The notes: a model not told the origin generated them from the sequence alone. Shown: positions 15,001-29,157, counted from the first letter of the stretch. The stretch: 64,000 bases of DNA from Eledone cirrhosa (GCA_964016885.1 OZ024741.1:360096001-360160000), one strand, 5' to 3'. Translations and numbers: made by a program.

Positions 15001-17680
15001 TGGTATGGTGTGGTGTGGTGTGGTGTGGTGTGGTTTGGTGATGTGTGGTATGCTGTGGTATGGTGTGGTATGGTGTGGTATGGTGTGGTGTGGTGTGGTA
15101 CGGTGTGGTATGGTATGGTAAGGTGTGGTGTGGTATGGTGTAGTGTGGTGTGGTGTGGTGTGGTATGGTGTGGTATTGTGTGAAATGGTATGGTATGGTA
15201 TGATGTGGTGTGGTATGGTGTGGTGTGGTATGGTGTCGTGTGGTATCGTGTGGTGTGGTATGGTGTGGTATGGTTCGGTATGTTGTGGTATGGTATGGTG
15301 TGGTGTGGTATGGTGTGGTGTGGTATGGTGTGGTGTGGTATGGTGTGGTGTGGTATGGTGTGGTGTGGTATGGTGTAGTGTGGAGTGGTATGGTGTGGTA
15401 TGGTGTGATAAGGTATGGTATGGTGTGGTGTGGTATGGTATGGTGTGGTGTGGTATGGTGTGGTATGGTGTGGTGTGCTATGGTGTGGTATGGTATTGTA
15501 TGCTGTGGTGTGGTGTGGTATGGTGTGGTTTGGTGTGGTATGGTGTGGTGTGGTAAGGTGTGGTGTGGTGTGGTATTGTATGGTATGGTGTGGTATGTTG
15601 TGGTGTGGTATGGTGGGGTATGGTATGGTGCGGTGTGGTATTGTGTGGTATGGTGTGCTGTGGTGTGGTGTGTTGATGTGTGGTATGGTGTGGTATGGTG
15701 TGGTATGGTGTGGTGTGGTACGGTGTGGTATGTTATGGTATGGTGTGGTGTGGTATGGTATGGTGTGATATGGTGTGGTATGGTGTGAAATGGTATGGTG
15801 TGGTCTGGTATGGTCTGGTATGGTATGGCGTGGTGTGGTATGGTGTGGTATGGTGTGCTATCTTGTGGTATGGTGTGGTGTGGTATGGTGTGGTGTGGTA
15901 TGGTGTGGTATGGTGTGTTGTGGTATGCTATGGTATGGTGTGGTGTGGTATGGTATTGTGAGGTGTGGTATGATATGGTATGGTGTGGTATGGTGTGGTA
16001 TGGTATGGTATTGTGTGGTATGGTATGGTATTGTGTGGTATTGTATGGTATGGTGTGGTGTGGTATGGTGTAGTGTGGTATGGTGTGGTATGGTATGGTA
16101 TTGTGTGGTGTGGTGTGGTAGGGTATGGTGTGGTGTGGTAGGGTATGGTTTGGTGTGGTGTGGTATGGTGGGGTATGGTATTCTATGGTGTGGTATGGTA
16201 TGGTGCGGTGTGGTGTGGTATGGTGTTGCATGGTGTGGTATGGTGTGGTATGTTGTGGTGTTGTATGGTGTGGTATGGTGTGGTATGGGGTGGTATGCTA
16301 TGGTGTGGTGTGATGTGATGTGGTATGGAGTGGTATGGTGTGGTAAGGTATGGTATGGTGTGGTACGGTGTGGTATGGTGTGCTATGGTGTGGTATGGTA
16401 TTGTATGCTGTGGTGTCGTGTGGTATGGTGTGGTATGCTGTGGTGTGGTAAGGTGTGGTGTGGTGTGGTATTGTGTGGTATGGTGTGGTATGTTGTGGTG
16501 TAGTATGGTGGGGTATGGTATGGTGTGGTGTGGTATTGTGTGGTATGGTGTGGTATGTTGTGGTGTGGTATGGTGTGGTATGGTATGGTGTGGTGTGGTA
16601 TTGTGTGGTATGGTGTGGTGTGGTGTGGTGATGTGTGGTATGCTGTGGTATGGTGTGGTATGGTGTGGTATGGTGTGGTGTGGTGTGGTACGGTGTGGTA
16701 TGGTATGGTATGGTGTGGTGTGGTATGGTATGGTGTAGTGTGGTGTGGTGTGGTATCGTGTGGTATTGTGTGAAATGGTATGGTATGGTATGATGTAGTG
16801 TGGTGTGGTATGGTGTGGTGTGGTATGGTGTCGTGTGGTACCGTGTGGTGTGGTATGGTGTGGTATGGTTCGGTATGTTGTGGTATGGTATGGTGTGGTG
16901 TGTTGATGTGTGGTATGGTGTGGTATGGTGTGGTATGGTGTGGTGTGGTACGGTGTGGTATGGTATGGTGTGGTGTGGTATGGTATGGTGTTATATGGTG
17001 TGGTATGGTGTGAAATGGTATGGTATAGTATGATGTGGTGTGGTGTGGTCTGCTATGGTCTGGTATGGTATGGTGTGGTGTGGTATGGTGTGGTATGGTG
17101 TGCTATCTTGTGGTATGGTGTGGTGTGGTATGGTGTGGTGTGGTATGGTGTGGTATGGTGTGTTGTGGTATGCTATGGTATGGTGTGGTGTGGTATGGTA
17201 TTGTGAGGTGTGGTATGATATGGTATGGTGTGGTATGGTGTGGTATGGTATGGTATTGTGTGGTATGGTATGGTATTGTGTGGTATTGTATGGTATGGTG
17301 TGGTGTGGTATGGTGTAGTGTGGTATGGTGTGGTATGTTGTGATAAGATATGGTATGATGTGGTGTGGTGTGGTGTGGTATGGTGTGGTGTGGTATGGTG
17401 TGGCATGGTATGGTGTGGTATGGTATGGTGCGGTGTGGTGTGGTATGGTGTTGTATGGTGTGGTGTGGTGTAGTGTGGTATGGTATGGTGTGATATGGTA
17501 TGGTATGGTGTGGTATGGTATGGTATGGTGTGGTATGGTATGGTGTGGTGTGGTATGGTGTGGTATGGTGTGGTATGGTATGGTGTGGTGTGGTATGGTG
17601 TGGTATGATGTAGCATGGTGTGGTGTAGTATGGTATGGTATGGTGTGATCTGGTATGGTATGGTGTGGAATGATATGGTA
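1..17680. repeat. (GGTRT)n pentanucleotide satellite (GGTGT/GGTAT mix), >=17.7 kb, open at the window start
   Basis: Continuous GGTGT/GGTAT units with scattered point variants (GGTCT, GGAAT, GCTAT) and rare phase shifts (e.g. GGCGTT near 693); ends at about 17680. Confidence 0.98.
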
Positions 17681-17815
17681 TTATTCCGTTTATGTTACAT
17701 CTTCTTTTGTTGTTTTTTTACACGCAGAAATGTCCATTTGTACCGTCCTGTATTGTCCTGCACTGTCCTTAATGTCTCACTTTGTGTAAACCCTTGTGGT
17801 TAATAAAGAAAGCAT
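17681..17815 (+). mobile_element. Possible short 3' end of a non-LTR element (AATAAA followed by (ATT)n)
   Basis: Unique 130-bp segment ending CCCTTGTGGTTAATAAAGAAAGC-(ATT)n; resembles LINE 3' ends but has no coding remnant. Confidence 0.3.
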
Positions 17816-17829
17816 TATTATTATTATTT

Positions 17830-19250
17830 ATTATTGTTCTTTGAGTCTCAGTCATTGATGTTAGTTAACTGGAAAGCTTGTTGAAATGAATATCAAGCCA
17901 CTACCTGCAGCCTCAGATATTCAGGACGTATCGGAGGGTTTTTGTTGTTCCCAGCAAGCATGCCTTTTGGAGCGTTCCAAAAAGCGTGAAAGGGCCAATT
18001 TTCTTTAACCATCCCTGGAAACTTTTTGAGATAGTCCCTAGTGCGCCTATGACAATCGGGATCACTTTGACTTCATGGCAGTTCCAAATCCTTTTTACCT
18101 CCCACTTTAATTCCTGGTATCGGTTAATTTTCTCCCTCTCCTTCTCTTGCACTCTCGTGTCGAATGGGCAGGCCACATCCACAATCAGGCACGATCTTTT
18201 TTCTTTTTCCACAACCACCAGGTGAGGTCTATTGTGTTCCAGTTTCTTGTCCGTCTGTATCCTAAAATCCCACAGCACCTTCACCTGATCGTTTTCTATC
18301 ACCGTCACTGGCTTATGCTCATACCACTTCTCAGAATGTGGTAAATTGTTTACTTTGCATAGGTGCCAGTGGATCACCCTGCCCATCACATCATGTCTCC
18401 AGTCCTTATAGTGAGTCTGGGCTAGGTGTTTACACTCGGATACAATGTGAGCCACAGTCTCCTCTCTCTATCCACAGATCCTGCACAGTGGGCTAGCCTC
18501 CTCCTTGTAAATATGGTGTTTCAACCACTTCGTTTTGAAGGCCTGCTCCTGCGCAGCCATTAACATTCCTTCTGTAGCCTTTTTAAGGTCTCCTCTTTTC
18601 AACCAGTTCCATGTCTGTGGATCTCTAAATTCAGTTTTCTCAAAGAAGGTACTATGAAGGGATTTTTCCTGAAGGCTGCTCTTTCTCCTTGATGTTATTT
18701 CCTCCTTGGACAACCCTGGTCTATTGTCTCCTCCTTCAGTACAGTTCTGAGCATTGGCTCCTTACTATCAGTCACGTATTTGTGTAGGTTGTTTTTCTCC
18801 ATCTGAACACAGTCCTCTATGCTGATAAGACCTCTTCCACCTTCAGATCTCCTTAACTAGAGTCTATCGACATCACTCCTCTTGTAGAACATGTTGTAGA
18901 TAGTCAATAGCTTCCTAGTCTTCCTATCCAATTCTTTTTGTTCAGCAAGATTCCATCTCAGAATTCCCGCACTGTACCTAATAATAGACACAGCTCGGGA
19001 ATTTACTGCACTTATGGCATTCCTACTGTTCAGATGTGACTTTAATACGCTCCTTACTCTCCGAATGTATTCAGTTCTTATCAATTCCTTCATTTTTTTG
19101 CTCTTGATGTCATCAGCCTCCAGAACACCCAAATACTTGTATCCTTCTTCAGAGTCAATTTCCTTTATCATCTCACCTGTTGGTACCTGGATTCCGTTAC
19201 TTCTGCTCAATTTACCCCTCTTCATCACAATGACTCCACACTTACTTATT
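17830..19250 (-). mobile_element. 5'-truncated, frameshifted RLE-type non-LTR retrotransposon (R4/Dong-like): RT C-terminus, CCHC knuckle, restriction-like endonuclease
   Basis: ORF pieces 18857-19228 (YKYLGV..., ELDRKTRKLLT), 18468-18713 (LMAAQEQ...CRICG) and 17913-18455 (HIVSEC, RHD, LWDFRIQTD, NRPHLVVV...IVDVACPFD, K..RY, PIVIGALG). (TAA)n-like tracts on both flanks. The usual RPD motif reads RPH. Confidence 0.9.
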
Positions 19251-19299
19251 GTTACTATTATTATTACTTTTTTTTTTCTCTTCCCAATTCAATGATGTT

Positions 19300-22200
19300 C
19301 CAAAACAATATAAAAGCGATAATTGGCAATAAGGGTTCTGGAACAAAAGAGATAATTGGCAATAAGGGCCGGGCCCCAGGTTATCACAGCCTGGGCCCGC
19401 TCGTCATCGTGCCACTGTAATAGAGCCAAACAAGGAATTTAATCTTGGCTGCTGGAACGTACGGACGCTGCTTGACAGGGATTCCTTGGAGCGTCCTGAA
19501 CGAAGGACCGCTCTTGTTGCAAAGGAGCTTCCACGTTACGATCTAGACATCGTAGCTTTATCTGAGACGAGGTTAGCTGGAGATGGTCATCTTACAGAAT
19601 TTTGTGGAGAATATACATTCTTCTGGAAAGGAAGAGATGAAGGAACCAGAAGAGAGGCTAGGGTAGCATTTGCTGTTAAGACTGTTCTTGTGAATAAATT
19701 AGAAGAATTCCCAGTAGGGATTAGTGAGCGTTTTATGTCAATGAGAATTCCGCTGGACAAAGGAAGATATGCGACCCTGGTGAGTGTGTATGCTCCAACT
19801 ATGAATTCTGTCGATGAAGAAAAAGTGTCCTTTTACCATGCCTTGAAAGGTATTTTAAGAAATATCCCTCAGGCAGACAAAGTCGTCGTGCTTGGTGACT
19901 TTAATAGTAGAGTGGGTAGGGATTTTAACACATGGAATGTAATCGGAAGGCATGGGGTGGGAAAGTGTAACAACAATGGTATGCTCCTGCTGCAGATGTG
20001 TGAGGAGCTGGATCTGTGTGTGTTACCAACACCATGTTCCAACAAAAGAACAAATTCAAGACCACATGGATGCACCCTGCATCTAAGGAATGGAATCTTT
20101 TGAACTACGTCCTAGTCAGGATGCATGACAGACAGGATGTGCACTGTGTTCGTGCTCCTCGTGGAGCTAAGTACTGGACGGACCACCGCCTGGTACGCGC
20201 AAAAGTGAAACTAATCACTAAACGTAAAATCAGGGCTCCTGGCGTTGCTCTGCCCAGAAGATTGAATGCTGCTCGTCTCAAGGATAAAAATGTGAAGAGG
20301 ACATTGGAAGAAGAGATGCAGACTGCAGATCTTGGCGAGGATTGGCTGACCCTTAAAAAGTCGGTTTATGATGTAGGCAGGCGTGTTCTGGGATTGGTGC
20401 AGAGAAAACATCAGGACTGGTTTAATGAGAATGATGTACATATAGAAGACTTGTTGGCTGATAAGAGGCGTGCTCTGTCACGCTACTTGACGGCTAAACC
20501 ACAGGAGAGGAATACGTTGCATGAGGAACTCAAGGATGTGAAATCACGTGTTAGGCGGAGTCTTTCTCAGATGAAGGATCAAAGGTGGAGTGAGAAGGCT
20601 GATGAGATACAAACTGCGTCGGATTCCAATAACACAAAGCTGTTGTACAGTCTCTTGCGTGAAGTTTATGGACCGTCTTCTTCTCTGGTGACACCGCGTC
20701 GCAGCAAGGATGGCAAAGGTATTCTACGAAGGTGGCGAGAGCACTTTGATGAGCTTTTGAATCAGCCGTCTGTCGTCAATGAAGATTTCCTCAATCTCAT
20801 TCCAGAAAGTCCCGTGAAAGTAGCTCTCGCAGAACCTCCGACGCTTGTGGAGGTTGCAGTGGCTATGTCGAAGCTGAACAGTGGAAGGTCTCCAGGTATG
20901 GATGGCATACATGCAGAGCTCCTACAATATGGTGGTGAGAGACTCCTGCAACATTAGCCCATATCCTGCAGGATATAGGCTAATGAATCCGTACCTGAGG
21001 ACTGGAGAGATGCAAAAATGGTGGTCTTATACAAGGGAAAAGGTAACAGGAATGATTGTGGGAACTACAGAGGTATATCATTGCTTTCTGTCGTAGGGAA
21101 AGTTTTATGTAGGGTGCTTCTGGACCGTCTGCTGACACACATTGCAGATTGTGTTCTTCCTGAAAGTCAATCTGGTTTTCGTGCTGGACGCGGCACTACT
21201 GATATGATCTTCTCAGCTAGACAGCTCCAGGAGAAGTGCATTGAACAAGGCTTGGATCTGTATCAGGTTTTTGTCGATCTGACAAAAGCTTTCGATACTG
21301 TTAACAGAAATGTATTATGGAAGGTTCTCCATAAACTTGGTTGCGCTGATAAGTTCCTTACTTTAGTTAGGTCTTTCCATGACGACATGAAGGCTTGGGT
21401 TAATGTCGGAGGTAACATGTCGGAGCCTATCTCAGTAAAAAATGGAGTGAAACAGCGGGATATTCCAGCACCGACCCTGTTTGCCATATACTTTGCAATG
21501 GTTTTCTATATTGCATTCAGGAATTGCGAGCATGGTGTTTACATCCAATATCGAACCTCAGGCAGCATATTTAACATCAGGCGCTTTGCTGCAAAAACAA
21601 AAGTATTTACCTCAATCATAAGAGACCTCTTGTATGCAGATGATTGCGATCTTGTAGCGCACACAGAGAGTGATATGCAGCACATTTTGAATGCATTTTC
21701 TGACGCTTGCACTGCCCTAGGGTTGATTGTCAGTCTCAAGAAAACCGTCGTCATATACCAACCTGTTCCTGGTATGTAGTACAGTGAACCAAATATCTAT
21801 GTGTATGGTAAACGACTTGGAGTGGTTGATCAGTTTGTCTACCTTGGAAACAGTCAATCGATACAGCAACCTTGATAATGAAATCCCACTCAGGATTAGG
21901 AAAGCAAGTGATGCTTTCGGAAAGCTAGAAAGGCGACTCTGGGGTCGACGAGACATATGCATGAAGACAAAGGTAAAGGTGTACAAGGCATGTGTGCTCT
22001 CTTGTCTTCTTTATGCCTGCGACACCTGGGTCACATATCGACACGACCTTAAGCAATTGGAGCGTTTCCATCAGATGTGTCTCAGACGGATCCATGGCGT
22101 TCACTGGAGGGACCACATCAGTGATGTCGAGATTTTGGAAAGCTCTCTGTGTGACAGTATAGAAGTTCTTGTGCTTAAGCAACGACTCCGTTGGAGTGGT

Positions 22201-23035
22201 CACCTTGCCAGGATGAAGGATTCTAGAATACCAAAACAACTCTTTTATGGAGAGTTGGTTAAAGGAAAACGACCGCCACATAAACCAAAAAAGAGTTAAA
22301 AGGATTCCTTGAAAGCTTCTTTGAAAGACGCTAACATCTCTGCTGATACATGGGAAAATGTTGCTGCTGATCGTAATAAATGGAGAAAGACTGAATATGA
22401 GGGGAAAGTTGCCTTTGAGGCATCTCGAATCGCGCACGAGAAAATAAAGCGGGATGTGAGGAAGGGCATTGCTGTTGCATTTCCAGACGGCGAAGGTCGT
22501 CCTATGGTGCTGACATGCAGCGTCTGTGCGAGACTCTGCCTAAGCAAAGCTGGACTCGAAAGTCATCTTCGCAGTCATAAAGTAAGACCAGTGGTTGACT
22601 ACCAGGCTGCTGTTGGAGATGCTACTCATCATGCCTGCCAAGCATGTGGTAGAGAATGTAAATCAGCAGGAGGGTTCAAGCGACATGCAAAAGTACATGA
22701 ACTCCAACCACAGCCGGCTATTGCCAGTGAATGTTTTGGTTGCCGACTCTGTGCAAGACATTTTAGATCATTGGCTGGGCTAAAAAGCCACATTCGATCG
22801 CAGCGCTGTTAACTGCTATCGTGTGTGTGTAAATATATTTATGTGTGTGCGCGTGTGTGTATATATGCATATATGTATATTATTATTGTTGTTGTTGTTG
22901 TCGTTATTATTATTGTTGTTATTATTATTATTATTGTTATTATTATGGGTTTTTTTTTCTCGTGCAATGGCCATACTCGATAACGAGGGGACAACTATCA
23001 TGTATGTATGTATGTATGTATGTATGTATGTATGT

Positions 23036-23037
<2 letters not shown>
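19300..23037 (+). mobile_element. Near full-length, disrupted RTE-clade LINE (APE endonuclease + RT + three C-terminal C2H2-like fingers, (ATGT)n tail)
   Basis: GCWNVRTLLD at ~19445; DIVALSETR, SVYAPT, LGDFNSRVG, TDHRLV; YRGISLLS, QSGFRAGRGTTDMIF, FVDLTKAFDTV, LLYADD, RLRWSGHLARM..RIPKQLFYGEL. Several frameshifts/stops (~20020, ~20955, 21777, ~22297). 3'UTR ends GGCCATACTCGATAACGAGGGG...(ATGT)n. The 5' boundary is approximate. Confidence 0.93.
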
Positions 23038-25357
<2,320 letters not shown>

Positions 25358-26125
25358 GTCAGGTCACCAGTTGGTGCTACTGGTAACATGTATTCCAGTA
25401 CAACCTGTCCCATGGTCGGGTCGTTGGCGACTAAACTGGCAACCCCACCAAGGTTTCTTGGTGAGGAGGGTGACTTTGGACATCCTGCAGGACTAAAAAC
25501 AAAACCTGTCAAAAAGGCAAAGGAGCTCTTAAGAGTCAATGGCCATCCAAAATCACCGGGAGAGATGACCCCTTAGCCTTTGTCAAGGCAGAATTCTAGG
25601 AGAAGGAAAACTCTGATATAACACCTGCAACCCTGATGGTATCCAATGATGTTGACTTGTTCTTCTTTTTGGTAAATATCATCTTGGTCAAGAGAGTGGG
25701 ACTGGCTTTGTGCAGTGCCTTTGCTCACTATAAAAGCTTCACGGCACAGGCATTGCTTTATATCTGGAGATCTCTCTGCATTTGTCGTCACATGGTACCA
25801 TGGGCCCAGCACTATGTGTCAATAATTGTCACAAGTGTAGTGTTTGTACCAGAGCTTTCAAGTCGCTGGCTGGACTAAAAAGTCACACTCGTTCAGCGCA
25901 TCAGTAGGGGTTCTCCTACATGGATATAAAGTAGTGGCCGTACTCGAAAACGAGTTGGCAGCCACCATGTATGTATGTATGTATGTATGTATGTATGTAT
26001 GCATGTATATATGCATGCATGTATGTATGTATGTATGCATGTATGTATGTATGTATGTATGTATGTATGTATGTATGTATGTATGTATGTATGTATGCAT
26101 GCATGTATGTATGTATGTATGTTTG
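25358..26125 (+). mobile_element. Bipartite non-autonomous RTE derivative (RTE-like 5' leader + C2H2-finger 3' end + (ATGT)n tail)
   Basis: Leader contains AGGAGAAGGAAAACTCTGA, a motif I recall from RTE 5'UTRs. The 3' part encodes CHKCSVCTRAFKSLAGLKSHTRSAHQ*, homologous to RTE finger 3, then GGCCGTACTCGAAAACGAGTTGG...(ATGT)n. Confidence 0.65.
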
Positions 26126-26453
26126 CATGCTCACTATAAAAGCTTCACGGCACAGGCATTGCTTTGTATCTGGAGATCTCTCTGCACTTGTCGTCACATG
26201 GTACCATGGGCCCAGTACTATGTGTCAATAATTGTCACAAGTGTAGTGTTTGTACCAGAAGTTTCAAGTCGCTGGCTGGACTAAAAAGTGACACTCGTTC
26301 AGCGCATCGGTAGGGGTTCTCCTACATGGATATAAAGTAGTGGCCGTACTCGAAAACGAGTTGGCAGCCACCATGCATGCATGTATGTATGTATGTATGT
26401 ATGTATGTATGTATGTATGTATGTATGTATGTATGTATGTATGTATGTATGTA
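26126..26453 (+). mobile_element. 5'-truncated second copy of the same RTE-derived 3' end
   Basis: 26129-26373 is nearly identical to 25722-25967 and is followed by its own (ATGT)n tail. Confidence 0.8.
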
Positions 26454-26529
26454 TCCATCTGTCCATCTGTTTGTGTATGTATACTTCAAATTTCAAAATA
26501 AATTTCACAAAAATAAAAGCATTTATTAA

Positions 26530-26658
26530 CCCTTTAGCATTTAAACTGGCCTTAACCGGCCAGAATTGTCTCACCTTTTTCTGTTCAAACCAGCTGTAAC
26601 GGGCTGCTTATACTGATGTTAAGGCATTGATCTCCAAATAAATAATATCAAAATCACC
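26530..26658 (+). mobile_element. Truncated piggyBac-type MITE (family A)
   Basis: TTAA|CCCTTTAGCATTTAAACTGGC... matches the left end of the complete copy at 43358. Confidence 0.7.
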
Positions 26659-27194
26659 GAAAACGATAAATTGAAGAGAATGAAACGAAATTTCATTTTT
26701 CACTCTTAGTACGGCTGTTACTTAAATGTAAGTATGTATACGTACATACATATATGTATACAGACGTACAGTAGTAAGTATATATATACATACATGCACA
26801 TATATATATATATATATGTACGCCCGACCGACTAACTCACTCGATATGAAAATTAGGCTGCTCAGCCGTTAATATGCATAAGGAAAGTATATACTTTCAG
26901 ACGTTCAATCATCTGGCAGGAAGGTATACGTTGCTGGCGATAGCTATAAGCTTGAAACTAGTACATCGTTCCTTTGCCAGTGTTGAACAAAAGGGCAACG
27001 ATGGTTGCTAAACAGTGTACGGCTTAATTCGGGATGTTTGTTTACAAACAAACCGAGCATTATAATAAATGTTCGGTAAATCCATACGTACATATATATA
27101 TGTGTGCGATTTTCTTTTAGCTACACTCACTCAGACAGATATAGTAAAGAAAGCCAGGAAAGAAACAGACTGGAGACACTAAAGAGAAGAGGGA

Positions 27195-27207
27195 GAGAGA
27201 GAGAGAG

Positions 27208-27301
<94 letters not shown>
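27195..27301. repeat. (AG)n microsatellite
   Basis: About 50 GA units. Confidence 0.95.
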
Positions 27302-27303
<2 letters not shown>

Positions 27304-27399
27304 GGAGAAGATGACCATTCCTTCAAAGAGCCTCCTAGGTCGTAAGTTCGGTTGGCTTTATTGTCTACTAAGAATATATAGCTACAAGATAAATGTATA

Positions 27400-27620
27400 T
27401 ATAATACATGTTCTCTGCCCCCAGCTTCGACCACAAACCCTGGCACCGAAGCCTGCAATGCAGAGGATAGGAAATCAAGCAAATACTGGGGCTTGTTCGG
27501 CTGCTTCCTCTTTGCACCAGTCACTGTCAAGACCTTAGGCATCCTTGGGCCCCATACAAGCCAAGCTCCTCAGCAAAATCGGAATGTCAGTAGCCCATCT
27601 GAAGAAGGAACCCTGCAAGG
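27400..27620 (+). mobile_element. Degenerate CRE-clade-like RLE retrotransposon C-terminal fragment
   Basis: Translates as NPGTEACNAEDRKSSKYWGLFGCFLFAPVTVKTLGILGPHT-(frameshift)-KLLSKIG, matching the AExxKxxKY...FxPxxxETxGxxG pattern of CRE-like endonuclease ends. Confidence 0.55.
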
Positions 27621-28577
27621 TGGGGTGACATTTGCTGGTCATTGTCTGAGGAAATACCTTTACAGTTTTGTCCATGGGGCACAGCCGAAACACCACTGTG
27701 ACCTAGGCATAGAGCCTATCACCTTCTCCCCTTCCTCCTCTCTTTCTTCCGTGGCTTAATAGTCTTTGCTCTTTCCCTCCTTTTCTTCTCATGTATGACA
27801 TTTATAGTCCTTTCCTTTACTTTCCTATACAGCCAGATCTGCTCTTCTTTACCCCTTACCCAACTTTTTTCATTATTCATATAGTTAATTATGAAACCTT
27901 AATAAATAATTTAAATAAAAATAAATATTTAAACTATAATAAAGTAAGGACTGCGGGACTGCGTACGGTTTATTTCTTTTAATCCAGTTAGTAAAATAAG
28001 TTGGATTTCTTTGAATATTACATAAATTATGTCCTAAATTTTGAAACTAAATTTCGTAAACATAAATAATTTAAAATTGACTTCTTTTCAAATTTTCATT
28101 CACATTTCTAGACTTCCGGGATATCATCGCCACCACTTCCACTACCGTATATATAGAAAAAGAGAGTGTGTGATGAGAGAGATAGAGAGATTATGATTTT
28201 ATACAAGCTGACGCGTATGAGTGTGTACATACATACATCTATATGTATGAGTATATAACTATTATGAGTATATAACTATAATCGCGCAAACACAAACTTA
28301 TAAAAATACACGCTCATGGACATTAACGCAAATACACATACATTCACACGTACTTTTACCCAAACATACATACATTCACACACATACATTCACACACATA
28401 CATTTACACAAACACACACATACAGTCATGACAGCAGTGTTCGGTGAATTGGAAATGGGAGGATAAAACAAGTATAACGTTTTATTTATTCATTAACTCC
28501 TTATTTATTTATTAACTCTTTTTTTTAAAAACTCATTTAATATAATGGTTACAGAACGAAAACACTAACAAATATAA

Positions 28578-28710
28578 TTGTTTCTACTTTTGGCACCAGG
28601 CCAGCAATTACCCAGTGCATTACTGGTACTTTATTTTATCGACCCCGTAAGGATGAAAGGCAAAGTTAACCTCGGTGGGATTTGAACTCAGATCGTAAAG
28701 GGCAGTAACG
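28578..28710 (-). mobile_element. tRNA-derived SINE (family S1, Deu/Nin-like core)
   Basis: Minus strand has B-box GAGTTCAAATCCC, core GCCTTTCATCCTTACGGGGTCGATAAAATAAAGTACCAG and tail ...AAAGTAGAAACAATTA; many copies in the window. Confidence 0.8.
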
Positions 28711-28923
28711 CATTTACGTTACTCTATATTTACTACTATATTTCCACAGTAAAGGCTTTACCTCACATAATTATCTCACAAAATATCAAATCTATGAGAT
28801 TTTGATATTATTTGTTTTGAGAACAATACTTTAACATCAGTATGAGTGGCTGGTTACAGCCAGTTTGAACAGAAAGAGGTGAGCAAATTCTGGCCGGATA
28901 TGGCTGGTTTAAATGCTAAAGGG
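28710..28923 (-). mobile_element. piggyBac-type MITE family A, one TIR partly lost under the SINE
   Basis: Ends TAAATGCTAAAGGG|TTAA; body matches 58415-58620. Confidence 0.8.
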
Positions 28924-29011
28924 TTAATAGACAATGGACTACAATAAGCCAAGACAATTGATATTCAGATACTAAGACAAACAAAACAAACATACTGGAA
29001 TTTAAAGTGTT

Positions 29012-29157
29012 ACCCTATGAAAAGTTGGAGACGGTTGCTTCTGACAGGACCTGCTGGGGGGGGGGGAGTGTGTGAGGACTCTGCCCCCACGACCCTCTCA
29101 AGAAGAAGAAGAAGAAGAAGAAGAAGAAGAAGAAGAAGAAGAAGAAGAAGAAGAAGA
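29012..29157 (+). mobile_element. Short RTE-like 3' remnant with (AAG)n tail
   Basis: W-ETVASDRTCW-like remnant (compare WENVAADRNKW in the first RTE) followed by ~19 AAG units. Confidence 0.4.

Noticed and set aside
1-17650. Dozens of long ORFs (MVWCG.../HHTTP..., up to 902 aa)
   Set aside because: Artefact of a 5-bp satellite whose units lack stop codons; open in all frames on both strands.
1-17680. Telomeric repeat
   Set aside because: The unit is GGTRT, not TTAGGG or TTAGG, and at a left chromosome end the plus strand would be the C-rich one.
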